Virus record (IMG/VR): IMGVR_UViG_3300012953_000045
Span: 1 to 50,437 of that record
Origin: a virus
Lineage: Duplodnaviria > Caudoviricetes
DNA: 50,437 bases
Reading direction: 5' to 3' (one strand)
Positions 1 to 8,149 of this stretch are shown here, piece after piece; position 1 is the stretch's first letter, and each line of letters starts with the position of its first letter. Position numbers and translations under genes: made by a program. Below the pieces are notes generated by a model. The model did no database searches and was not told where the DNA came from. It worked only from the letters and a program-made list of their open reading frames with translations.

Positions 1-1110
1 ACTGCTAGGCACACGCAATGCTCTTAGCATTTTGTTTGTAAAATAACGCAGGTCATCAATTTGACCTAAGTTTTCTCCACCTGGAAGAACTTCAACTTTA
101 CTACCTCTGCCTTCAGCAGTTTGAGCAAAGAAGTAGTCTTCCATAATGCTTAGTGGATTGTAAGCCGCATCCATAATGGTTGTACCACCGCCTGTTTTGT
201 TAGGAATGCGTTTTTGATGAATTTCGTTTTTAACTCGTTCCACAAATCCCATTGCTTTGTTGGGAGGCATGTTGCCTACATCAACATAGAACACTCTACG
301 CTCAGGTGCTCTTTGGACTCTGTAGATAATAATACTATCTTCTAGTAGTTCTTTTTGTTTATAGGTTTTAAAAATAGGATCTAAGATACTGTTTCCAAAA
401 GGCCAATTACCGTCCATGCCTTCTGTCATTCCCATATGAACAACATGACTAGCATCAACTGTGTACTCTTGTATATTACCTAAGGTACCGTCATAGCTTC
501 CAGGTTGCATACCATATGCACTTCTGTCAAGAGATTGTCCACGCATCATACTATTAACTGTGCCATATGTTTGTGCATGTTGTACTGGCTTACTCACCGT
601 TTTCTCTTGCATGTTCATATCAATATTTTTGATTATGTACTGTTCTGGCTTTTTACCTTTTGCTTCATTAACAACTGCTTTGGTTACATCAACTGGATTC
701 ACATAATAAAGTGCCCATGTTTCTGGATCTCTGATAAAAAATTGGTCTCCGTATTTGATAGTGTTTCTAAACATACGGAAAATACGTTTATCCCAGTCTT
801 GTAACGCACACCATTGTTGTAGTGTTTGTTCAAGTATTTTAATTTCACTTTCAGTTGCCTGACTTCTATATTCTATTTTAAAAGGTACGCCACTGTCTTC
901 AACTTGTGTACTGAATTCACTGATAATATCTAAAGCCGCATTAATTTCGCTATCCATATCCATCTGATCATATTGTGTATAACGTTCAACACGATTGGGT
1001 TGACCACTATAGACTTCAGGTAGCCAGCTTTGAAAACGGCTAGCACTACTAGGCTTCATTGTATCAGTGCCTTGTGCGCCGTATGCTGTAAAGTGTTTTT
1101 TCCAACTCAT
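1..1110 (-). CDS. gp20: T4-like portal vertex protein (gp20), 3'-truncated by the window edge
   Basis: Not in the ORF track because it runs off the edge. Manual translation from ATG at 1110 gives MSWKKHFTAYG...RYTQYDQMDMDSEINAALDII...YKQKELLEDSIIIYRVQRAPERRVFYVDVGNMPPNKA...MEDYFFAQTAEGRGSKVEVLPGGENLGQIDDLRYFTNKMLRALRVPSS, the hallmark gp20 motifs. Confidence 0.95.
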   Translation of the reverse strand, partial: MSWKKHFTAYGAQGTDTMKPSSASRFQSWLPEVYSGQPNRVERYTQYDQMDMDSEINAALDIISEFSTQVEDSGVPFKIEYRSQATESEIKILEQTLQQWCALQDWDKRIFRMFRNTIKYGDQFFIRDPETWALYYVNPVDVTKAVVNEAKGKKPEQYIIKNIDMNMQEKTVSKPVQHAQTYGTVNSMMRGQSLDRSAYGMQPGSYDGTLGNIQEYTVDASHVVHMGMTEGMDGNWPFGNSILDPIFKTYKQKELLEDSIIIYRVQRAPERRVFYVDVGNMPPNKAMGFVERVKNEIHQKRIPNKTGGGTTIMDAAYNPLSIMEDYFFAQTAEGRGSKVEVLPGGENLGQIDDLRYFTNKMLRALRVPSS

Positions 1111-1137
1111 TGAGTTCTCGATTCCTGTTTAACTTCT

Positions 1138-1165
1138 ATTATACTATATTTATAGGATTTGTCAA
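1138..1165 (-). promoter_or_regulatory. Composite promoter for the portal gene: sigma70-like TTGACA-N16-TATAAT with T4 late box TATAAATA (1147-1154) in the spacer
   Basis: Plus strand tgtcaa 1160-1165, tatttata 1147-1154, attata 1138-1143, about 30 nt upstream of the portal ATG. Confidence 0.65.
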
Positions 1166-3063
1166 CCACCGGGATTCACATTGGGCAACATGGAAACTAT
1201 AGCTTTTTTGAATGATTCTGTCATACTTGAAAAGAATTGAGTTGATCCATTGATAAACACACCACCTTTGTCTTCCATAAATTTATCATAGTTAAACTTT
1301 TTAACTGTTTTCTTAGGTCCATCAGGATCGCGTGGATCAATAGGCACTTCTTCATCTGTTACATAATCTTTAAAGGCTTCTTTGAAAAACACATCTGTAC
1401 CTTGTAGCAATGCTTCAGCTCTTTGAGGCATTTGCAATGCATTAGCAACACTATCTGGTAACACTCCACTGGCTTGACCAAACATACCAAGTATGAATAG
1501 TTGTTCAAATTCGTCTGCTCTACCAGCCATCATATTCATAAATGGTTGTACAGTAACACTGCCTACTAATTCTCCAAAGCCTGAGAAAAATCCTTTTGTC
1601 ATTGGATCACTTAATATTTTTGATGCATTGTTTGTAAAATCTCTCAATCCTTTTACTAGATTTTCTTCTCCTCCAGCAATGCCTAATATAGTTCTCATAG
1701 CGATATTGGCTTCTTTAGCCTGTTGAACATCAAGCTCTGCTGTCAAGGCTCTCATTGCATTTACATGGTTTTGTCTTTGTACATTTTCTGCACTCATAAG
1801 TTCTTGACGTTTGTCTGCAATTTCTTTTTCAACTTCAGCGATGTTTGTGCTCATGGTCAACAAGTCTTTCATTGTTTGATCACCTGTGATTGCTAGTTGT
1901 GCAAAAAAGTTGTTTTGACCACTGCCTCTAAAATCTTGTATTGCTTGAGCTATATTATTACTGCTAGCTTGTGTATTTGCTCCTCCACCTTGAATAGCGG
2001 CTACAGACATTTCAAATATCTCAAGCATCTTACCAGATTGATCCTTTGCAACTATTTCACCAAGTCTTGTGTTGATAAAACCTCCACCTGGCATTGCTAG
2101 TTCTTGTATCACTGCTTTTTGTAGTTCTTGTCCGATTGGTCCTAATTCTTTAGTAAAGTTACCCATTACTGCATCAACTTGTCTACGTTGGTCGTCAGTC
2201 ATTCCAGCCATAGATGCTTGCATAATTACATCACTTTTTGCCGCCATCTGAGCTCTAATACGTTCTCTTACATTCTGTCCAGTAATTTTTGCCATTTTTT
2301 CTTGTTCGATAAAATTATCTCTCATAGCATTTGTGAGGTCTTGTTGCACATAAAGTCTGAGTTCTTCAGCATTCATGCTTTTTCTTCTTACATCCAGTTC
2401 TTCTGCTAAAAACTGTCCCATCTCATCGCTTGCCATACCAAAGTAACCAAAATCTTTAGTAGCACCTCTAAAGTCTTTAAGCACGTCAACAAAAACTTTA
2501 GAACCACCATCTACACTGTCTCCTAGTTCTCTGAACACTGGTAGATTCTGAGCAATAATATTACCAAATTGATCTAACTGTAAACCAGTATCACTTAGCT
2601 TCTCCGCATATGCTAGAGTGTCTGCACCAAAACTAAGTCCTACACTACCTGCAAAACTAAAAGTAGCACTCAATTCTTTTGCCAAACCAGTAACCATACC
2701 AAATGAAGTAGCCATTGCACCTAATCCCAATGACTTCATAAGATTTGTTGTCATACCTGGTTTAGACAGTGCCTGTGTAAATCCTAATGCACTGCTTCGA
2801 CCTACATTTTTTGCAAGTTTACTGTCTCTAACATTACTTTTTGTTTCATTCCACATTTTTTGATAACCTTTAAGGTCATCCACGGCACCTTTAATTGCCA
2901 TATCACCAGATGAAGTATCATCAAGTTTGCTTACTACACCTCCCATGGTGGTAACAAGATCTTGTATCGCACTTTTAACATCTTTTTGTGTTTCTTCCAT
3001 AGCAAAGTCAGGTACATCGACTGTTACTGGTCTACCACCTATCGGAATTTGTATTATCGCCAT
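1162..3063 (-). CDS. Probable tail tape-measure / gp29-like hub protein
   Basis: 633 aa, Ala/Gln/Met/Gly-rich and helical/coiled-coil in character, has a late promoter, and is divergent from a gp26-like gene; assignment is by composition and context. Confidence 0.55.
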   Translation of the reverse strand: MAIIQIPIGGRPVTVDVPDFAMEETQKDVKSAIQDLVTTMGGVVSKLDDTSSGDMAIKGAVDDLKGYQKMWNETKSNVRDSKLAKNVGRSSALGFTQALSKPGMTTNLMKSLGLGAMATSFGMVTGLAKELSATFSFAGSVGLSFGADTLAYAEKLSDTGLQLDQFGNIIAQNLPVFRELGDSVDGGSKVFVDVLKDFRGATKDFGYFGMASDEMGQFLAEELDVRRKSMNAEELRLYVQQDLTNAMRDNFIEQEKMAKITGQNVRERIRAQMAAKSDVIMQASMAGMTDDQRRQVDAVMGNFTKELGPIGQELQKAVIQELAMPGGGFINTRLGEIVAKDQSGKMLEIFEMSVAAIQGGGANTQASSNNIAQAIQDFRGSGQNNFFAQLAITGDQTMKDLLTMSTNIAEVEKEIADKRQELMSAENVQRQNHVNAMRALTAELDVQQAKEANIAMRTILGIAGGEENLVKGLRDFTNNASKILSDPMTKGFFSGFGELVGSVTVQPFMNMMAGRADEFEQLFILGMFGQASGVLPDSVANALQMPQRAEALLQGTDVFFKEAFKDYVTDEEVPIDPRDPDGPKKTVKKFNYDKFMEDKGGVFINGSTQFFSSMTESFKKAIVSMLPNVNPGG

Positions 3064-3082
3064 TAACTACTCACTTTACTAT

Positions 3083-3114
3083 GATAAATAACTTTAGCAT
3101 CAATTGTATTTATA
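3083..3114. promoter_or_regulatory. Pair of T4-type late promoter boxes: GATAAATA (+, 3083-3090) and TATAAATA (-, 3107-3114)
   Basis: Match or near-match to the gp55-dependent TATAAATA consensus in the short intergenic gap between two divergent structural genes. Confidence 0.65.
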
Positions 3115-3125
3115 GGCAAAAATCC

Positions 3126-3992
3126 ATGGAAAATCCACTACAGAGTTATTACAGAACTAAAGACATATATGTTAAGTTGCCAACTGGCGGACAATGGATG
3201 AAAACTCCACCAACGCTAACTGACGATGGAGAAATAGGTGTTAGGTCAATGAACGTTAAAGACGAATTGTTGCTTAATATACCTGATGCATTGTACAACG
3301 GACAAGCAATTTTTGAACTTGTTCAAAGTATTTGTCCAGATATTGGTGATGCACAGGATATGAGTCTACCAGATGTAGATGTAATAATGCTTGCCAGCAG
3401 AGCATGTAGCTACAACAAAGAATACCCTGTTGAGGTTATGTGTCCACACTGTGAAAAGAAGTCGATGCACACCATTGACTTGCAAGTTGTACTTGGTCAG
3501 ATAAAACCTATTTACGAACAAACTGAAGTACAAATAGAAGATCTTGTAATTGAAATGCGTCCTAATACACTCAGAGCTGTAAACGCCAATAATATTAAAA
3601 CATCAGAAACTGCAAGAATGATGATGGCTATAAAAGAAGTTAAGGATGTAATTGACGATAATCTTAAAGAAAAATACAGCGAAAATATTCAACAAATTGC
3701 CGCCGCAAATTTTGTATTAATTGCAGATTCTATTGTAAAAGTTACAATGCCAGATGGAACAATAGTTGACGATACACAAAATATTGTTGATTGGCTTACC
3801 AATAGTAATCGTAGAGTAATTGAAATTTTAGGTAGACAACAACTGTTGATGAATGTAAATGGTATACCCAAAGAGTTTAAATTCAAATGCACAAATGAAG
3901 AGTGCGAAAAAGAGTTTACTACAGAAGTAGAATTTAACCCAAGTTTTTTTTTCACAAACAAATCCGATATACCAAGTCCTCGACTGAAGTAA
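3126..3992 (+). CDS. T4 gp26-like baseplate hub subunit / tail assembly protein
   Basis: MENPLQSYYR..YVKLPTGG, M.VKDELLL..PDAL.NG, CPHC and CxxxxC zinc-like motifs, and a C-terminal FNPSFFF, typical of gp26-like proteins of marine T4-like phages. The start is more likely ATG 3126 than 3081, which overlaps the promoter box. Confidence 0.75.
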   Translation: MENPLQSYYRTKDIYVKLPTGGQWMKTPPTLTDDGEIGVRSMNVKDELLLNIPDALYNGQAIFELVQSICPDIGDAQDMSLPDVDVIMLASRACSYNKEYPVEVMCPHCEKKSMHTIDLQVVLGQIKPIYEQTEVQIEDLVIEMRPNTLRAVNANNIKTSETARMMMAIKEVKDVIDDNLKEKYSENIQQIAAANFVLIADSIVKVTMPDGTIVDDTQNIVDWLTNSNRRVIEILGRQQLLMNVNGIPKEFKFKCTNEECEKEFTTEVEFNPSFFFTNKSDIPSPRLK

Positions 3993-4030
3993 ACAGCTTA
4001 ATCAACGATTACGAAGAAAAATCTAAAACT

Positions 4031-4207
4031 ATGAGACAACCTTTGTTAGATTTGGTAATTTACTCAGAAGGTGCTTTTAGTTATAACGAACTAGAACAAT
4101 ATCCTGTTGGCTATATTTTAGAAATCAATCAAGCATTAGATAGAAAAAACGAAGCAATTAAGAAGTCAATGGAAAAGTCTAAAGGTACTAATCGTAGAAC
4201 ATTTTAA
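4031..4207 (+). CDS. Short gp51-like baseplate hub assembly protein (58 aa), possibly made as a -1 frameshift extension of the upstream gene
   Basis: Manual translation MRQPLLDLVIYSEGAFSYNELEQYPVGYILEINQALDRKNEAIKKSMEKSKGTNRRTF; the frame is open back to 3938. The FSYNELEQYP segment resembles the YSLTEIENMMP-type motif of gp51-like proteins. Confidence 0.6.
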   Translation: MRQPLLDLVIYSEGAFSYNELEQYPVGYILEINQALDRKNEAIKKSMEKSKGTNRRTF

Positions 4208-4328
4208 TTTCGAAGAGCTAAAGCTCATCGTCATACTCATTTCATTTCGTATGAATTTTCTTACTTTATTTTCTTAGATACGTTATTACCTTGTTTTCAG
4301 TCGCACTTAGCTTGTTACAGCCAAGTGC

Positions 4329-4359
4329 AAAAAAAACGAAACGGTCATTACCCCGTCTC
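4329..4359 (-). terminator. Rho-independent terminator
   Basis: Minus strand GAGACGG-ggtaatga-CCGTTTC (7 bp including one G-U) followed by G and T8. Confidence 0.6.
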
Positions 4360-4589
4360 CAGCTCGCATCGTTATAGTACAACCTATTGCTAGGCAGAGG
4401 CGGTTTTGCTTTACCCCTTTACATACTGCTTAAAACGCAGAAACACTCTAAGCCATAACGACGACTTTTGAGTTATCCGTGGGTTACAATGGCACAGTAG
4501 AGCCCACTCTTTTGGTTAGTTTCCCTCAGCAAGATCCGACGGCCCGTACTAGTACAAGCAGACTCAATGCTTTTAGCAAGGAGGGTATA
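4329..4589 (-). ncRNA. Putative structured non-coding RNA (or origin primer RNA) downstream of the GIY-YIG gene
   Basis: Part of the only long ORF-free gap in the window, GC-richer than its flanks, with several stems whose mismatches become G-U pairs only on the minus strand, a CCUA-GCAA-UAGG tetraloop hairpin, and a terminator-like 3' end. Confidence 0.5.
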
Positions 4590-5018
4590 TTATGACTGGT
4601 GTCTGTTTAGTGATTCAATAAGTGCCTTAGAACTGCCAACTCTTACGTTTATAATGCCGTTGTAGTATTCTTCAGTTTTAAGAACTTCACGGTCAAACTG
4701 TTCTTTGGCTTCTAAGTAACTTAGTTCGCCTCTGCTGGTGCAGTAGTACAGTATTTCTCTTGTGAAGTTTTCTGGGCCTAAGTGTTCAACATCTTCATTC
4801 AGCTTGTCGCTAGATCCCCAATAGGTTCTCCAATCGCTTTCTTTAGTTGAACGTCTTTTGTTTTTCTTGCCTTTAAGTGGTTTCTTTGTTACTTTAAACT
4901 GTGCTAGTTTTTTGCCAATGTATTTTTTATTGTTTGTGAGATTAGTAATAAGATATACAAAACCTATGTATTCTTCACCAATCTGTTCTACTATTTTGCC
5001 TTGATAAGTCCATTGCAT
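4590..5018 (-). CDS. Stand-alone GIY-YIG family (Seg-like) endonuclease
   Basis: GFVYLITNLTNNKKYIGKK is the GIY-(X)n-YIG motif; followed by Y.GSS, FTREIL, conserved Glu (YLEAKEQ) and YYN. Confidence 0.8.
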   Translation of the reverse strand: MQWTYQGKIVEQIGEEYIGFVYLITNLTNNKKYIGKKLAQFKVTKKPLKGKKNKRRSTKESDWRTYWGSSDKLNEDVEHLGPENFTREILYYCTSRGELSYLEAKEQFDREVLKTEEYYNGIINVRVGSSKALIESLNRHQS

Positions 5019-5036
5019 GTTTGTCTATTAGCAACT

Positions 5037-5066
5037 ATTATATATATCTTTTTACTGCGATGTCAA
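5037..5066 (-). promoter_or_regulatory. Sigma70-like promoter TTGACA-N18-TATAAT for the GIY-YIG gene
   Basis: Plus strand tgtcaa 5061-5066 and attata 5037-5042, both perfect consensus hexamers. Confidence 0.65.
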
Positions 5067-5764
5067 CCGGTTTTATATTGTTTTTTCAAAATTTTCCAAG
5101 TTTGTTTATAACCTTGTTCTATTTCATGATAACTGGTGCTAGCCATAGCACTTGAATAATCATTACCACCTGGTTGACAGTGGTCACCAAAATATATTGT
5201 TGTACCTTTTTGTTCTCTTACAGCTTGACTCTTGTCACAGCCTTTCTTAAAAATATCTATACTGGTTTGTCCAGCAACCTGTGCTACACTATCATCAAAT
5301 TCTTGATTGTAGTACATGGCTACAGTTTCTCTACCTCTATTGAATTTATCCCATATTGCATAATCTTCACGTTGTTTCCAATTTGCATTTCTTCCTACTA
5401 AACTAAAGTTGGCGGTCCCTGTACGTTGTTCGATATGATTGCCTGTCATTTCAGGATACTTAAGAATGTTGAGTGCTTGTGATAAGAATGTAATTTGTTC
5501 TCTACTTAGATTCCAATCACTTCGATAAACTTCTTTGTCTCCTTCATACACATGATTGCCACTGCAATGATATACTCTTGAAAAACTATTGGTCAAATCT
5601 TCACCAATTTGTTCAATGGTTTTAGGTCTATCGCTACCTGTCACAATCATACATGTGTTGTTTGCAACAAAATCAAACATAAACTCTTTAAATTCGTCTA
5701 CTATCTGTCTTCTAGGATCGGTAAGTGTACCATCTACATCAAACATAAAAATTTTAGTCGTCAT
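5063..5764 (-). CDS. HAD-superfamily (IIB) phosphomannomutase-like enzyme
   Basis: FDVDGTLT motif I, VTGSD, IEQRTGTANFS, GQTSIDIF..G.DK and YFGD...GGNDY, matching the eukaryote-type PMM pattern. Confidence 0.8.
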   Translation of the reverse strand: MTTKIFMFDVDGTLTDPRRQIVDEFKEFMFDFVANNTCMIVTGSDRPKTIEQIGEDLTNSFSRVYHCSGNHVYEGDKEVYRSDWNLSREQITFLSQALNILKYPEMTGNHIEQRTGTANFSLVGRNANWKQREDYAIWDKFNRGRETVAMYYNQEFDDSVAQVAGQTSIDIFKKGCDKSQAVREQKGTTIYFGDHCQPGGNDYSSAMASTSYHEIEQGYKQTWKILKKQYKTG

Positions 5765-6080
5765 CTATTTCTCTCATTTGTTCAGGATACCATTTATGTA
5801 ACAAATCTAAAGGAAGTTTTTTCTTCTTAGATACTGCAAAATGTGGCATGTCTTTTATTGTAAAAGTTGTAGTTGAAGGACAATATGATCCCATACTTGC
5901 CATACTACTACTTGATGTAATAGTATAAGCTGACGAACCTTCTGCAAGTGTTCCTGCGGTTGAGTCTTCAGGAGCAAAAGGAGCTTCATTTGCTAGCCAA
6001 GTTTCAAAATCGTCATCTCCTTTTTGACCTTTGTTATTGAAACTGTTTAGATCTATAATTGTGCTTTTATCATCATTCAT
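5754..6080 (-). CDS. Hypothetical protein
   Basis: ORF tightly overlapping both neighbours; ATG 6080 is the likely start; Ser/Thr-rich middle. Confidence 0.6.
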   Translation of the reverse strand: MNDDKSTIIDLNSFNNKGQKGDDDFETWLANEAPFAPEDSTAGTLAEGSSAYTITSSSSMASMGSYCPSTTTFTIKDMPHFAVSKKKKLPLDLLHKWYPEQMREIDDD

Positions 6081-6390
6081 TGCTTTGTCCAAATAGTTTA
6101 TAAAATACGTCGATAGGTAATATCTTGCTTGTTAGTAATTCTTGTGGGTGATATCCAAATAGTTTTTCACCTGTGGTTTTATTCTGCTTTTTTTGAAAAG
6201 CAGTTTGAATCTTATTTCCTGTTGCTTCAGTTTCTCCGCACCAATCACATTCTACACCTTTTGGAAACCCAAGTACGTCCTGTTCTTTTTTACAATAGTG
6301 TTCCCAAAATGTATCTTGCTTCCATGCACTTTGATCATGTTTTGGATCCATCATTTGTTTTATATGTTCTTTAGAATAATCACTTGGCAT
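6073..6390 (-). CDS. Hypothetical protein with possible zinc-binding motif
   Basis: Likely start ATG 6390 overlapping the gp46 end; HYC...CDWC motif. Confidence 0.6.
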   Translation of the reverse strand: MPSDYSKEHIKQMMDPKHDQSAWKQDTFWEHYCKKEQDVLGFPKGVECDWCGETEATGNKIQTAFQKKQNKTTGEKLFGYHPQELLTSKILPIDVFYKLFGQSNE

Positions 6391-8149
6391 CAATAAACTC
6401 CGTATCTGTACTGAATGTAGTAAAGCCACCTTCTTTGATAACCTGTAGTATTGTGTTTACACGACCTACAAGTTCGTCTCTGTGTGAGATTAAGAAAATG
6501 TTTTTGCTACGTTCACGTTCTATCTTTTTAAGTACACCCAACGCACCATCAACACCATTGGTGTCCATACCGCTGTCAATGAGTTCATCTATTGCTAAAA
6601 AGTTAATTGGCGTATTCATACTCTCAAAAACATCTCTAAAACTCCAACTCAGTCCTAGTATCAGTCTATTACGCTCGCCTCTACTTAGATTGTCAAAATC
6701 TAAATCTCTGCCTAGTTCTGTAATCTCAACTGTTAGATCAGGTTGGAATTGCACTTCATGTGGCAAACCTAGCTTTGTCAAATAGTAAGCTAGTCGACTA
6801 TTTAAGTATTCTAAATTTTGTTCAATAACACGTTTTCTAATAAAACTGTCTTTGTTTGTTAACAACTTATACAAAAAGTCTTGATGATCTTTCACTGTGT
6901 TTAATTGATTCATGGTATCCCAGGTTATTTCCTGTACACCTGTTTCCCGTAGGCTATCAATCTGTTCTTGATAGGTATCACTTTCGCTTTGTTTTGTTTG
7001 TATTTGACTGCGAAGATTTTCTAATTGCATGTTATGCTTGTGTGCTTCAGCTTCTGTATTATAGTGTGTAACTGGAATTTGTCCAAGTTCTCCTAATTGT
7101 GTAATTGCATCATACCATTCTTTTTCTTGTTCGTGATTTGTTTTCACTTGTTTTTGTGATTCTGACAGAAGTTCTTGTTTTTCATTAAGTATTGTTTCTT
7201 GTTTTTCATCATGGAGTTCTTGCCCACAAGCATGACACTTATGATCTTTTAGCAAATTAATTTCTTTATTGAGTTTATCAATCAACTTTTGTTGTTTTGT
7301 ATTATCACTTTGAATACTAGATAACCAACGTTCTGCATCGTCTTTAAGTTTTTTCTTTTCTAGGTAATCACTTAACAATGTATGATTATTAAGTTCTATC
7401 TGGATATCTATTTTTTCTAATGTATTGACTTGTTGCTGGAGGCCTTGGACAGTAGTTTCTTGTTGATTTTGCCAAATTTTCTGCCTGCGTTCCAAATCAC
7501 TGATACTTTTCTCAATTCTGGTATTTGCTTCTTCAACTGCATTAATTCGATACTCTTCTTCTTTGATTGCATCTCTAGTTAACCTTTGTTGTTCTTTAAG
7601 AACCTCTGCTTTTTCACTGAGCATGGTTATACCTAGTAGTTGCTCAATAATTGCTCTCTGATCATTTGCCCTCATACTGAGGAATGGTTCTGTATATGTG
7701 TTTAGTGCAACAATGTGTTTGAACATGTCATGGCTCATACCAAATAGTTTTTCTATATCTGCTTGAGTCTGACGATTTTCACCTTGTGCTTCGTCTTCGT
7801 CAACATTTTGATCGTTGACATAGTATTTAAGCAAATTAGGTCGTCTACCTCTTTCAATACGGTATTGTGTGCCATCTTTGACAAAATCCAGTGTAACCAA
7901 CATACTTTTGCCGTTGGTTTTGTTTATCAAGTTGTCCTTGCGTATGTTTGTTAATGCATTTCCATATATAGCATAACTGAGTGCATTTATAATAGTAGTC
8001 TTGCCTGTACCATTACGACTGCCATCGCCGCCTAAGTCCACATTGTTACCTAATACAAGTGTTAGTCCATTCTCAGTAAAACGCACAGCCTGTGTAACGT
8101 TACCAACACTCATAAAGTTTTTAACGGTTAAATCTTTGATTGTTATCAT
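6380..8149 (-). CDS. gp46: Recombination endonuclease ATPase subunit (gp46, SbcC/Rad50 family)
   Basis: KNFMSVG, Walker A GTGKTT, coiled coil with CHACG zinc hook, signature LSRGE, Walker B LAIDE, ISH. Confidence 0.95.
   Translation of the reverse strand: MITIKDLTVKNFMSVGNVTQAVRFTENGLTLVLGNNVDLGGDGSRNGTGKTTIINALSYAIYGNALTNIRKDNLINKTNGKSMLVTLDFVKDGTQYRIERGRRPNLLKYYVNDQNVDEDEAQGENRQTQADIEKLFGMSHDMFKHIVALNTYTEPFLSMRANDQRAIIEQLLGITMLSEKAEVLKEQQRLTRDAIKEEEYRINAVEEANTRIEKSISDLERRQKIWQNQQETTVQGLQQQVNTLEKIDIQIELNNHTLLSDYLEKKKLKDDAERWLSSIQSDNTKQQKLIDKLNKEINLLKDHKCHACGQELHDEKQETILNEKQELLSESQKQVKTNHEQEKEWYDAITQLGELGQIPVTHYNTEAEAHKHNMQLENLRSQIQTKQSESDTYQEQIDSLRETGVQEITWDTMNQLNTVKDHQDFLYKLLTNKDSFIRKRVIEQNLEYLNSRLAYYLTKLGLPHEVQFQPDLTVEITELGRDLDFDNLSRGERNRLILGLSWSFRDVFESMNTPINFLAIDELIDSGMDTNGVDGALGVLKKIERERSKNIFLISHRDELVGRVNTILQVIKEGGFTTFSTDTEFIDAK

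Noticed and set aside
505-804. 99-aa plus-strand ORF and the many other 60-130-aa antisense ORFs in the track
   Set aside because: They lie opposite well-supported genes (here the portal) and have no motifs or RBS; shadow ORFs.
4208-4589. Group I intron with homing endonuclease, tRNA, tmRNA or CRISPR array as the explanation for the non-coding tract
   Set aside because: The flanking genes are convergent and complete, so there are no split exons; I could not identify a cloverleaf, tag reading frame, intron core or repeat-spacer periodicity by eye.
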